Origin: a bacterium
GTDB taxonomy: Bacteria; RBG-13-61-14; DATKZS01
Assembly: GCA_963674965.2 (NCBI GenBank)
Contig: CAXXFL010000002.1
Span: forward strand, 704,686 to 768,685
Direction of reading: 5' to 3'
DNA: 64,000 nt
In this document: positions 40,374-49,812 of the stretch, piece by piece
How positions within the stretch are numbered: the stretch's first letter is position 1
How the letters are laid out: each line of letters starts with the position of its first letter
Notes under the pieces: generated by a model
The model's database searches: none
The model's input: only the letters and a program-made list of their open reading frames with translations
What the model was told of the DNA's origin: nothing
Made by a program: the position numbers and the translations under genes

Positions 40374-42122
40374 CTAGATAAAGGCGATCAGGGTGATAAT
40401 GATAAACGTAGGTATCAGTATCCCGAAAGACCAGGCCATATATCCGAAGAAACTGGGCATTTTCACCCTGTTTTCCTCGGCGATGGATTTGACCATGAAG
40501 TTGGGCGCGTTTCCGATATAAGTATTGGCGCCCATGAACACGGCCCCCACCGATATGGCCACAAGCGTGATTTCCTTGACCTTTCCACCCGAGAAGAGAC
40601 CGACGAAGGCCTCGCCCGCCTTGACGCCCTGCCCTTCTCCCAGGCTCTGGAAGACAAGGTAAGTGGGCGCGTTGTCAAGGAAACTGGACAAGGACCCGGT
40701 GATCCAGAAGAAGTGCCATGGGTCCTTGATCGGGGAGGTCGGTCCCCAGTGTTTCAGGATGATAAGGGCCGGGATCATGGTCACGAAAATGGCAGCGAAC
40801 AATATGGCCACCTCGACGATCGGCTCCCAGGTGAAGTTCTGGGCCTTCCTGAATTCCATGTTCGTGGTCTTCCAACTGAGGAAGGCCATGAGGAGCATGA
40901 TGGCCTCACGGACGGGCACGTACTCGGCCGCGTGATCGCTAACTCCCATCTTTATTATCGCTTCCTTCATTTGGGGGTAGAAGTAGATGGAAAGCACCAC
41001 CCCAAAGAGGAAAAAGAAATTATGCCATCCCTTAAGACGAAGCGGCTTGATATCCGTGTCGTCCCATTTTTTAGACTCGTCGCTTTCCTTTTTATTGTAA
41101 AGATAGGTGTCGAGAATGAAGTACAGTATCAGGAGCCAGGCCAGGGTGGGCAGCCAGAACTTCCACAGGCCGAAGGTCCAGGTAAAGGGAACGCCCTTCA
41201 GGTAGCCGAGGAAAAGAGGCGGGTCGCCCAGGGGCGTTAATGACCCTCCGATATTGGCCACCATGAAGATGAAGAAAATGACCGTGTGGGTCACGTATTT
41301 CCTCTCGCTGTTGGTGTTGATCAGGGGCCGGATAAGGAGCATGGCCGCGCCTGTCGTGCCGATAAAGCTGGCCAGAATGGACCCTATCGCTATGAAGATG
41401 GCGTTGTTTCTCGGCGTGGCCCGAACGTCGCCCGAGAGCCAGATGCCGCCGGAGATAACGAAAAGCGACAGGAGCAGGATGATGAATTGCTCGTACTCGT
41501 GGAAACTGTGAAACAGGGCGACCCAATCGTTGGCCACGACGTAAATGGCCATGGGCACGCCGAGAATGGCCGACACGATGGCCCTGTTTTTATTGTGCTC
41601 CCACCAATGGGGCTTGACGAGGGGGATAACGGCAATGGACAGGAGCATAAGCACGAAGGCCGTAACGCTCCATATGGGAGGTATCCAGTTCGAGTGATGG
41701 CCGCCCTCATCTCCGTGCCCGCCTTCCTCGCCGTGGCCGGCGAGATGGGCGGCGTGGTCGTCGTCATGTCCGGCCTGGCCGTGCTCTTCATGGCCTCCCG
41801 GGGGGGCCGCTTCATGGGCGCCGGAGTCGTGTTCCGTTTCCGCGGCGGGCGCGCTCTGTGCGCCTTCCGTCTCATGCCCGGCCGTTTCCTCGGCGGTCCC
41901 CGTTTCAGGACTTGCCGCCTCGGGCTCGCTTTCCCCTTCGCTAACGGCCTCGGCCGTCTCGGCCGCCGGTACCTGTGTGTTCGCGTCGATGGCCTCGGGC
42001 GCGCCGGTTTCCTCCTGGGCTTTGGCAGAGAATCCCACCGAGAGGCAGATAAGCAGCGCGGCCAAAACCCCTGCCACTACAAGGCCTTGCCGGCCTTTGC
42101 CGGCAAATAAACGAAACTTCAT
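40374..42122 (-). CDS. IT-superfamily sodium:proton antiporter/citrate-transporter-like protein with an acidic, His-rich N-terminal extension
   Basis: GTTGAAMLLIRP, ANIGGSLTPLGDPPLFLG, SSFLDNAPTY, GANTYIGNAPNFMV. Confidence 0.85.
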   Translation of the reverse strand: MKFRLFAGKGRQGLVVAGVLAALLICLSVGFSAKAQEETGAPEAIDANTQVPAAETAEAVSEGESEPEAASPETGTAEETAGHETEGAQSAPAAETEHDSGAHEAAPPGGHEEHGQAGHDDDHAAHLAGHGEEGGHGDEGGHHSNWIPPIWSVTAFVLMLLSIAVIPLVKPHWWEHNKNRAIVSAILGVPMAIYVVANDWVALFHSFHEYEQFIILLLSLFVISGGIWLSGDVRATPRNNAIFIAIGSILASFIGTTGAAMLLIRPLINTNSERKYVTHTVIFFIFMVANIGGSLTPLGDPPLFLGYLKGVPFTWTFGLWKFWLPTLAWLLILYFILDTYLYNKKESDESKKWDDTDIKPLRLKGWHNFFFLFGVVLSIYFYPQMKEAIIKMGVSDHAAEYVPVREAIMLLMAFLSWKTTNMEFRKAQNFTWEPIVEVAILFAAIFVTMIPALIILKHWGPTSPIKDPWHFFWITGSLSSFLDNAPTYLVFQSLGEGQGVKAGEAFVGLFSGGKVKEITLVAISVGAVFMGANTYIGNAPNFMVKSIAEENRVKMPSFFGYMAWSFGILIPTFIIITLIAFI

Positions 42123-42170
42123 CTACTGCTCCCCTCCTTACTGAATAACTTCATACGTCAATAATTGGAT

Positions 42171-42202
42171 AAAAACCGACCCCGCCGGGCGGGGTCTTGG
42201 TT
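42171..42202 (-). terminator. Intrinsic terminator after bactofilin
   Basis: Minus strand GACCCCGC-CCG-GCGGGGTC followed by GGTTTTT. Confidence 0.7.
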
Positions 42203-42213
42203 GCGTTCGATTT

Positions 42214-42657
42214 CTACTTTTTCTCGGCGTCCTTGTTGTCGTCAATCTTGGCCGCCGGCTTGGGGGCGGGGCCTCCCTTTGACATCTGGCAATGCCCGTC
42301 AAAGATGACGCCCTCTTGGATGACGAGGGTCGGGGTCTCGATGTTGCCCACCAGCTTGGCCGGCTTGCGAAGCTCGACGCTGGTCTTGCACTTTACGTTG
42401 CCGTTGATTTTTCCGGCGATCACGGCGCTGTCCACCATAATATCGCCGTCTATTACGGCCATCTCCCCGACTATTAGCGTTCCGTCGGAGGCCACCTCGC
42501 CCTTGAAGTTGCCGTCAACTCGAGCCGTTCCCTCGAACCTGAGTTTTCCCTCGAACTCGCTTCCCTTGCCGAGGATCGCCTTAACTTCGCTTCTCTCGCT
42601 TGATCCGCTACTCACGCTCGGAGTCGGAATATCTCCGCCTTTTTTTCCGCCAATCAT
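42214..42657 (-). CDS. Bactofilin (polymer-forming cytoskeletal protein)
   Basis: LGKGSEFEGKL, RVDGNFKGE, LVIQEGVIFDGHC; GAGGAGG RBS. Confidence 0.93.
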   Translation of the reverse strand: MIGGKKGGDIPTPSVSSGSSERSEVKAILGKGSEFEGKLRFEGTARVDGNFKGEVASDGTLIVGEMAVIDGDIMVDSAVIAGKINGNVKCKTSVELRKPAKLVGNIETPTLVIQEGVIFDGHCQMSKGGPAPKPAAKIDDNKDAEKK

Positions 42658-42706
42658 GTTCCCCTCCTCGGAAGAAGTAGTGTTATTGCCGTTACCGGAC
42701 GAGGAA

Positions 42707-43606
42707 TTACCCGACGATTCTCGAGTAGAGTCGGTCGAGTTCCTCTTCCGAGTAAAAATGGATTTCAATTTTCCCTCCCTTGGAAGAAAGGTCGATTTTG
42801 ACCTTCGTTCCCAACTCCCGCGTCAGCTTCTCTTGCATGTCCTTGATGAATATCTCGTTTCCCTGTTCCGCTCTCGGCTTTTGACCAGCTTTTTTAGGGG
42901 AGGGTTTTCTTGTGGCCTGGGCCCTTCTCTCGGCCTCGCGCACGCTTATACCCTCGTTAACCACGGCGTCCCGAATTTTCCGCATGAGCGACTCGGCCCC
43001 CGCCATGAGTATGGCCCGGGCGTGTCCGGCCGTTATCCTGCCGGCGCTTATATCTTCCCTCATGTCCTCGGGCAGCTTGAGAAGTCTCATGGCGTTGGAG
43101 ACGGTGGCCCTGTCCTTGCCCACCCTTTTGCTGAGTTCCTCCTGGGTGTACTCGTACTCGGCAAGGAGTCTCTGATAGGCCTCGGCCTCCTCGATGGGGT
43201 CCAGGTCCTCGCGCTGGAGGTTCTCGACCAGGGCCAGCTCGAGGGCACTGCGGTCGTCGGCCTCCCTGACGATAAGAGGGACCTTTTCCAGTCCAGCGGC
43301 CTTGGCGGCCCGGAGCCGCCGCTCGCCCGCGATAAGCTCGTAGCCGCCGGCGGCGCGGGGCCTGACCAGAAGCGGCTGCAGAATGCCCTGGCTTTTTATG
43401 GACTCGGCCAACTCGGCGATCGAGTCGGGATGAAAATTCTTCCGGGGCTGGAACGAGCCCACCTGGATTTCCGAGATGGACGCCTGGATTACGCCCGAGC
43501 CGCTCTCGGACTTTTCCTCTTGGGACGGCGCGGGCCTCGATTCCCCCGCCGGCTTGTCGGTGGGAATAAGCGCGTCCAGTCCGCGGCCCAGGGCCTTACG
43601 AGCCAT
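42707..43606 (-). CDS. parB: Chromosome partitioning protein ParB
   Basis: LGRGLDAL, QPRKNF, IAGERRLRA, ENLQREDL, HTH. Confidence 0.97.
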   Translation of the reverse strand: MARKALGRGLDALIPTDKPAGESRPAPSQEEKSESGSGVIQASISEIQVGSFQPRKNFHPDSIAELAESIKSQGILQPLLVRPRAAGGYELIAGERRLRAAKAAGLEKVPLIVREADDRSALELALVENLQREDLDPIEEAEAYQRLLAEYEYTQEELSKRVGKDRATVSNAMRLLKLPEDMREDISAGRITAGHARAILMAGAESLMRKIRDAVVNEGISVREAERRAQATRKPSPKKAGQKPRAEQGNEIFIKDMQEKLTRELGTKVKIDLSSKGGKIEIHFYSEEELDRLYSRIVG

Positions 43607-44393
43607 TTGACGCCTCCCGGCCTTCCATCCGGGCCAGGAACTCGGCGGCCAGAGACTCGTAAGCCTTGGCCCCGGCGCAGACGGGATCGTACATGATAAT
43701 GGGAAGACCGTGGCTGGGGGCCTCCCCCAGTCTCACGTTGCGGGGAATGACGGAGTCGAAGACCTTGCCGGCGAAGTGTTTTTTCACCTCGTCCCGAACC
43801 TGTCTGGACAGGTTGTTTCTGGCGTCGAACATGGTCAATACAATGCCTTCCATTTTCAGCCCCTGGTTTAGCCTCTCCCGCACCAGTCCCAGGGTGCGAA
43901 GAAGTTTTCCCAATCCCTCGAGGGCGAAGTATTCGCACTGGAGAGGTATTATCACTCTCTCGCTCGCCACCAGCGCGTTCAGGGTCAATATTGAAAGGGC
44001 GGGCGGGCAGTCGATGATTACGAAGTCGTATTCCTCCGCCATGCCTTTCAGGGCGTCCCTTAACTTGTATTCTCTTCCCGGCAGATCGAGCAGCTCGATC
44101 TCCGCTCCCGAGAGGTCGTCGGTGGAGGGCACGAGCCAAAGGCCCTTCGGCTCCGAGGGCTCGACCGCCTCCCGCATCGAGCACTGGCCGATCAGCGCCT
44201 CGTAAACCGTTCCCCCCGGCCCGCCGTTCTCGGAGGCCGTCCTCCCCAGGCCGCTGGTGGCGTTGGCCTGCGGATCGAGATCGATTAAAAGTACTTTTTT
44301 GCCAAGGCTCGAAAGGCAGGCCGACAAGTTAACGGCCGTGGTGGTTTTGCCGACCCCGCCTTTTTGGTTGGCTATTCCTAAAATGGCGCCCAT
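43596..44393 (-). CDS. parA: Chromosome partitioning ATPase ParA/Soj
   Basis: NQKGGVGKTT, DLDPQANAT, IDCPP, QCEYFALEG, IPRNVRL. Confidence 0.97.
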   Translation of the reverse strand: MGAILGIANQKGGVGKTTTAVNLSACLSSLGKKVLLIDLDPQANATSGLGRTASENGGPGGTVYEALIGQCSMREAVEPSEPKGLWLVPSTDDLSGAEIELLDLPGREYKLRDALKGMAEEYDFVIIDCPPALSILTLNALVASERVIIPLQCEYFALEGLGKLLRTLGLVRERLNQGLKMEGIVLTMFDARNNLSRQVRDEVKKHFAGKVFDSVIPRNVRLGEAPSHGLPIIMYDPVCAGAKAYESLAAEFLARMEGREASNGS

Positions 44394-44557
44394 AACCGGG
44401 AAATCATATACCAATTCAAGCCGGAAAGCTAACCGGCAAGCTTCCATTATAAAGAAGGAATGGGTTTATTACAAGGAAGGAGGCCGTGAAGTTCCCCCAG
44501 TTTTTCAAAACCTGGGATGTACGGCTCGCGGCGGTCTGCAAACAAATCGAAGGCCAA

Positions 44558-44775
44558 GCCCGAAGGGCTTTAACATGAATAGCCGTAGGCGCGCCAGCCT
44601 ACGGGAGGCGCGGCCGGAAATTTCTTCGGCGCCCCTAAAAGGGGCGAACCTTGCCTGGCGTCTGCAATCCACGTCGCCGCTGGTCCGGCCCTTTCAGGGC
44701 CGAAGATTATTTTTTAAGCCATCCTTTCCGTAGGCTGGCGCCTACGGCTATTCGAAGTTCCCCCTTTCAGGGGGA
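44558..44775. repeat. Multi-hairpin inverted repeat element (REPIN/MITE-like)
   Basis: GAATAGCCGTAGGCGCGCCAGCCTACGG with the inverted copy CCGTAGGCTGGCGCCTACGGCTATTC; each is flanked by CCC(T/G)RAA(A)GGG-type hairpins. Confidence 0.85.
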
Positions 44776-44951
44776 GGCGGCCGCGTCCGTTTCAGCGGCG
44801 TCCCAGGCCATCCGCGCGAGGAGGCGACGGTTGATTTTCACCTCGAGCGGCGGACAACCTGTCGAATGAAAAAAGGAACCAAGAACGAAACGGTTAAAAT
44901 TGGGGAAAGTTCCGGGAAGGCCATCCCTGAACTTTGCGGTTTCTCGATCTT

Positions 44952-46007
44952 CTACTTGTAGCGCTCGCTTAGATATGAAACCACGCGGTAGACCTTCTCC
45001 GTCTGCTCTATCGTCAGGGTCCCGCACCCGCAGGCGGGCGTCAAAATAACGCGGCTTTTTAAAAGGTCCTTGTCCACGCCGGCCTGGGCCATCTCGTCCA
45101 GCCACTGGTGGAAAAGCTTCCCGAGGGACTTCTCGTCCTCCCGGTCGATGGTCTCGAGGTCGGGGAATATGGTGGGCACGATACCCACGGCGAACCACCC
45201 TCCCCTTCCCAGGAAGGACTTGACCTGGTCCGCGTAAAGGGCGACCGTCTTGCCGTAGTTGTAGCAGTCGAAATTGATCACGTCGAGCGAGCTTTCCATG
45301 ACCAGGCCCCAGTCGGTGTTGCCGCAGCAGTGCATTCCCACGATGGCCCCGGCCTCCCGCAGCGGGTCGATCACCTGGTTGAGCTTGTCGAGCACGTCGT
45401 CGCGGCTGACGGTGAGCATGGCCGTGCCGCCGTAGGCGCTGAGCATGGGCTCGTCGAGAAAGTAAAGAATCTTCTCGGCGAAGGACTTGAGCTTCTTCAC
45501 CTGCCAGATCGACTTGAGGGCCAATAGTTTCATGCACACGTCGCCCCAGGTGGGATGGAAAATGATCGGACGCCCGTCCTGGTCCTTGATCGAGTAGCCA
45601 AAGGAGAACGGAGCGATGAGCTGCGCCTTGACCAGGGGAAATCTGGCCCCCGCCGAGGCCAGCTTGTCGGCGAAGGCGTAAATGCCCTGGCCGTAGTCCG
45701 GGCCGATGGCGAAGTAATCCAGGCCCTCGCCGTTTTGGGCGGCCATGGCCTTTTCGTAAAACTCGGCCAGTTCATCCTGGCCCGCCTCGGTGTCCACGTA
45801 CACGCTCTTCTTCTCGGGGACGTGCCTTATGCCGGGCAGCTTCTCGACGGGCTGGATTTCCATGCCCTCGGTATAGCGGAGCGACTGAAGCTGGGGCCAG
45901 TGCGGGCAATGGGGCAGGCTTTTCAGCACCAGCTCGAGCGCGGCTTCCATGTCCTTGTGAGGCAAGCTTCCTATGGCGGTGGCCATTCCCGGTTTCAGAG
46001 CGGTCAT
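44952..46007 (-). CDS. Core (single-barrel) cobalamin-independent methionine synthase, MesB-like
   Basis: TAIGSLPH, WPQL, DEP, HCCG, TPACGCG; 351 aa with no N-terminal MetE barrel. Confidence 0.75.
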   Translation of the reverse strand: MTALKPGMATAIGSLPHKDMEAALELVLKSLPHCPHWPQLQSLRYTEGMEIQPVEKLPGIRHVPEKKSVYVDTEAGQDELAEFYEKAMAAQNGEGLDYFAIGPDYGQGIYAFADKLASAGARFPLVKAQLIAPFSFGYSIKDQDGRPIIFHPTWGDVCMKLLALKSIWQVKKLKSFAEKILYFLDEPMLSAYGGTAMLTVSRDDVLDKLNQVIDPLREAGAIVGMHCCGNTDWGLVMESSLDVINFDCYNYGKTVALYADQVKSFLGRGGWFAVGIVPTIFPDLETIDREDEKSLGKLFHQWLDEMAQAGVDKDLLKSRVILTPACGCGTLTIEQTEKVYRVVSYLSERYK

Positions 46008-46219
46008 AAATATTCCTTCCTGAGTACTTTATATACCAAGTCCATTAAATAAAATAACACGCGAACGCCGATATTTAAAGCCCGAAAACCATGATGGAAG
46101 ACGTCTTGGTTTGCCAGGCATTATTCTCTTGTAATTTTGCAGTTTCGGCTATGCTTGATATATTTGCTTGGAAGTAGTAAGTCCTTGTTCCATATATTCG
46201 CCGGAAATCGGAGGTCAAT

Positions 46220-48868
46220 ATGAAAAAAATTCTCGCCTGGACTATGGCGCTGGCCATGCTCTCGGGAGCGGCTTGCAGCATGAACCTTCTGTCTCTTTCG
46301 AGATATAAAAAAGACCCCAGCCTTCCCAGGCTGGAAGGGACCCTGTCCGTCCCGGGGCTAAAGGGCAAAGTCGACGTTTATCGCGACGAGCACGGCGTTC
46401 CCCACATATTCAGCGAGGACGAGCACGACCTGTTTTTCGCGATAGGTTACGTCCAGGCCCAGGACCGCCTTTGGGAGATGACCCTTTTCCGGGCCATCGC
46501 GGAGGGGCGCATGAGCGAGCTGTTCGGCGACGTGGGCGTTCCCGGCGTCCACGCCATGGGTTTCGAGGCCAGGACGGTGTCGATCGACAAGTACCAGCGC
46601 ACCATGGGCTACAAGTACATGGGCGAGATCGCCGACAAGATGCTGGCCGAGACCAACCCCGAGATTTATTCTCAGCTCCAGGCGTATTGCGACGGGGTCA
46701 ACGCCTTCGTCGATTCCCGTCCCCGGATGAAGGACCTTCCTCTCGAGTTCCAGATGCTCCGCGTAAGGCCCGGCCGCTGGGAGGTGAAAAATTTTCTGGC
46801 CTTCGGCAGGTTCATCGGCAACCTTCTCAGCTCGAACATGCCCTCCGAGCTTGCCCGCCACGCTGCGGTTTCCGAGCTGGGGGAGGACGCGGCCTGGGAC
46901 CTGATTCCTCTTTGGGACCACCAGGGCCCCACCATCGTCCCGCCCGAGCTTCTTAAAAACAAGCTCGACCTTCCCCGCGACCTGCCACCCGGCGGAAGGC
47001 CATCGGCCGAGGAACTCGGCTTCGCGCCCGAGCTGACGAGCCGGGCCGCCCTCTCCCTTCTCGAGGCCGTCCAGGGCATGAACCGCGCCATGGGGGCGGA
47101 CGACTCCTTCGGGTCTAACAACTGGATCGTAATGGGAAGCATGACCGAGAGCGGGAACGCCATCCTCTCGAACGATCCTCATCTCAGCCACATCGAGCCC
47201 TCCCTTTTCTACCTTATGCGGATCAAGGGGTGCGGCTACGACGCCTATGGGGTGACCTTTCCCGGCTGCCCCTACGTGGTGTTGGGACACGCTCGCAAGC
47301 TGGCCTGGGGCGCCACCACCTCGCGGGCCGACGTAATGGACCTGTTCGTCGAGAGCGTGGACAAAGACCATCCCGGCGCCTACAAGTACAAGGGAGAATG
47401 GCGAGAGTTTACCACCCGTACCGAGACCATCATGGTCAATATTGGATTCGGGACCATGGCGCCCCGCCGTTTCGAGGTCAAGCACTCGATGCACGGACCC
47501 ATCATCAACGACATAGCCTCGCCCCTGCCCAAGGGTTCTCCTCCCATTGCCCTGCGCTGGTCGGGATGGGACGTGAGCCGCGACGTGAGGGCCTTCGAGA
47601 TGGCCGTTACCAGCTCGTCGGCCGACGAGTTCATCGAGCGCTACCGGGAAATGGACGGCAAGTTCGATTTCCTCAGCATCGTGCTGGGCCTGGAACAACT
47701 CAATCGTGGAGAGTCCATCCAGGACTTCATCTCGGCCATGGACATGATCGACGTGCCCGACCAGAACTGGGTGGCCGCCGACTCGGACGGCCATATCGTT
47801 TACCTGCCCGGAGGATTGGTCCCGATCAGGGGCAAGGGCATCGGCGTGTTGCCCGTTCCCGGCGAGACGGGAGAGTTCGACTGGACGGGTTTCATTCCCA
47901 CCATGGAGCTTCCCCACGCCATCGACCCGGCCCGGGGATGGATGGTCACGGCCAACAACGAGGTGGTCGACGCCGAGTGGTATCCTTACACCTTCTCGAG
48001 CCATTACGGCGAGCCCTGGCGCGCCATGCGCATCGAGAAGCTGATCCGTGACAAGGCGCCCCTTTCCGTCCAGGACATGATCGATATCCAGAACGACGTG
48101 TACGTGGTGCGGGCCGAGTGGGAAGTACCCATGATCTTAAAGGCCGTCGAGAGGAAGAAGCCCACCGATCCCCGCGTCCTCCGCGCCGCGGAGCGCCTTG
48201 AGGAATGGGACTATCAGGCGGACCTCGATTCCACGGGCACGCTGGTCTTCTACCAGTTCTACAAGGAGCTTCACGACAACGTCCTCGAGGACGAGGGGAG
48301 CAAGGAGCTGGTGGCGGCCCTCAAGCTGGAGGGGTATCCGGACATGGCCGTAAACCTCTGGCTCGAGAAGGGTGAGTCGCCCTACTTCGACGACAAGCGC
48401 ACGCCCGACGTGGTCGAGGACATGGACGACATGATTGTCAAGTCCCTGGCCGACGCCATGGAATGGATCGAGAAGAAGTACGGCGAGGACCCGTCCGGCT
48501 ACGAGTGGGGCAAGGTCCACGTGATCAAATGGTTCCATCCCCTGGCCCTTTTCGGAGGGTTCAAGGACATGTCGGTGGGTCCCTTCCCCTACGAGGGCGC
48601 CAACCAGACGGTGCGAAACGCCAAGGAGATAGGCTTCGGCAAGGTCCCCTACAAGGCCTTTACCGGCGCCTGCCTGCGGACCGTCGTCGACCTGGGCGAC
48701 GTGGATGAGGCCCAAATCATGATCGACGGGTCCCAGTCGGGACAGTACCTGTCTCCCCATTACGACGACATGCACGAGTTGTTCGTGAACGGACAATACA
48801 TCCAGGCGGATAAAAACGTGGAACGGGTCAAGGAAAACGCCAGATACCATCTGGAGATGCTCCCGTAA
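46220..48868 (+). CDS. Penicillin/AHL acylase (peptidase S45, Ntn hydrolase), probable lipoprotein
   Basis: RDEHGVPHI, GYVQAQDRLWEM, GSNNW nucleophile, NDPHL, TANN, QSG...SPHY; LSGAAC lipobox-like sequence. Confidence 0.93.
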   Translation: MKKILAWTMALAMLSGAACSMNLLSLSRYKKDPSLPRLEGTLSVPGLKGKVDVYRDEHGVPHIFSEDEHDLFFAIGYVQAQDRLWEMTLFRAIAEGRMSELFGDVGVPGVHAMGFEARTVSIDKYQRTMGYKYMGEIADKMLAETNPEIYSQLQAYCDGVNAFVDSRPRMKDLPLEFQMLRVRPGRWEVKNFLAFGRFIGNLLSSNMPSELARHAAVSELGEDAAWDLIPLWDHQGPTIVPPELLKNKLDLPRDLPPGGRPSAEELGFAPELTSRAALSLLEAVQGMNRAMGADDSFGSNNWIVMGSMTESGNAILSNDPHLSHIEPSLFYLMRIKGCGYDAYGVTFPGCPYVVLGHARKLAWGATTSRADVMDLFVESVDKDHPGAYKYKGEWREFTTRTETIMVNIGFGTMAPRRFEVKHSMHGPIINDIASPLPKGSPPIALRWSGWDVSRDVRAFEMAVTSSSADEFIERYREMDGKFDFLSIVLGLEQLNRGESIQDFISAMDMIDVPDQNWVAADSDGHIVYLPGGLVPIRGKGIGVLPVPGETGEFDWTGFIPTMELPHAIDPARGWMVTANNEVVDAEWYPYTFSSHYGEPWRAMRIEKLIRDKAPLSVQDMIDIQNDVYVVRAEWEVPMILKAVERKKPTDPRVLRAAERLEEWDYQADLDSTGTLVFYQFYKELHDNVLEDEGSKELVAALKLEGYPDMAVNLWLEKGESPYFDDKRTPDVVEDMDDMIVKSLADAMEWIEKKYGEDPSGYEWGKVHVIKWFHPLALFGGFKDMSVGPFPYEGANQTVRNAKEIGFGKVPYKAFTGACLRTVVDLGDVDEAQIMIDGSQSGQYLSPHYDDMHELFVNGQYIQADKNVERVKENARYHLEMLP

Positions 48869-48896
48869 CTTCGCGATAAAAGATTTATCCAGGGAC

Positions 48897-48940
48897 CGGG
48901 CCGCGCGTTATAGCTTAACCGCTCCGCGCGGCCCGTTTTT
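48897..48940 (+). terminator. Putative intrinsic terminator
   Basis: CGGGCCGCGCG...CGCGCGGCCCG followed by TTTTT. Confidence 0.65.
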
Positions 48941-48951
48941 GCGCGCTCTTT

Positions 48952-49812
48952 TCAGGAGGCGTTAAGTTTCAGGTCGAGCGCCACTCCGGAAAGGATAATC
49001 AAGGCGCCGGCGATGCCCATGGACGTGGGCGCCTCCCCTATCAGCAGGAAGACCCAAACCGGGTTGAGGACCGGCTCGAGCAGGGCAATGGTCGAGGCCT
49101 TAAGGGCCGTGACCCTTTTCAGGCCCGCGTGGTAGAAAACGTAACCCGCTCCCATTTGAAAAATTCCCAGCCACGCGAGGCAGACCCAACTGGATGCATC
49201 CAGCTCGGAAAGCCGCGAAAGCCCGCCGGCGAGCGGGGCCAGCATGAGGGCCGCGGCCAGATTGTTCAGGCACAGCACGGTGAAAACGTGGGCGCCGCCG
49301 AGCCTTCCGAGGAAGACCGTGACCAGGGCGAAACCGACGCCGGAGAGTATGCCCAGGAGGTTTCCCGCCATCCTGTCTCCATCCGCCGGCTCGAGCATGA
49401 AGGCGGTTATTCCAGCCAGCACCATGGCCATGGGAGCGATTCTCGAGAAGGTCGGCTTGACCAGGCGCGCGGCGGCCAGGGCCAGGAAAATCCAGAGTGG
49501 GGCCGTGTATTGCAAGGCGATGGCGTTCCCGGCGGCGGTCCATTTAGTGGCGGCCACGAAGGACCCGTTCATGAGGGCGTAGGACAACGCGAGTCCGACC
49601 AGGTCCCAGGAAAACCTGATCTCCCGTCTCCGGGCCAGCGGGACCATGGCGAGGCCCGCGAAAAGGGTCCGCATCACGGCGATGGTCATGGGATCGGAAT
49701 CGACGAACTTGATGCCCACGCCGTTGGTGCTCCAGAAAAGCGCGGCCAGCGCCACCAGGAGGGGACCGGATTTCTTCCAACTCCCCCGCTCTTGAGGCGC
49801 GCCGTTTCTCAT
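48952..49812 (-). CDS. EamA/DMT family transporter
   Basis: LFWSTNG, AIALQYTAP, LEPVLNPVWV; ATG overlaps the upstream stop. Confidence 0.9.
   Translation of the reverse strand: MRNGAPQERGSWKKSGPLLVALAALFWSTNGVGIKFVDSDPMTIAVMRTLFAGLAMVPLARRREIRFSWDLVGLALSYALMNGSFVAATKWTAAGNAIALQYTAPLWIFLALAAARLVKPTFSRIAPMAMVLAGITAFMLEPADGDRMAGNLLGILSGVGFALVTVFLGRLGGAHVFTVLCLNNLAAALMLAPLAGGLSRLSELDASSWVCLAWLGIFQMGAGYVFYHAGLKRVTALKASTIALLEPVLNPVWVFLLIGEAPTSMGIAGALIILSGVALDLKLNAS

Noticed and set aside
42700..44950. parS sites or DnaA boxes near parAB
   Set aside because: No TGTTTCACGTGAAACA-like palindrome or DnaA-box cluster found by eye
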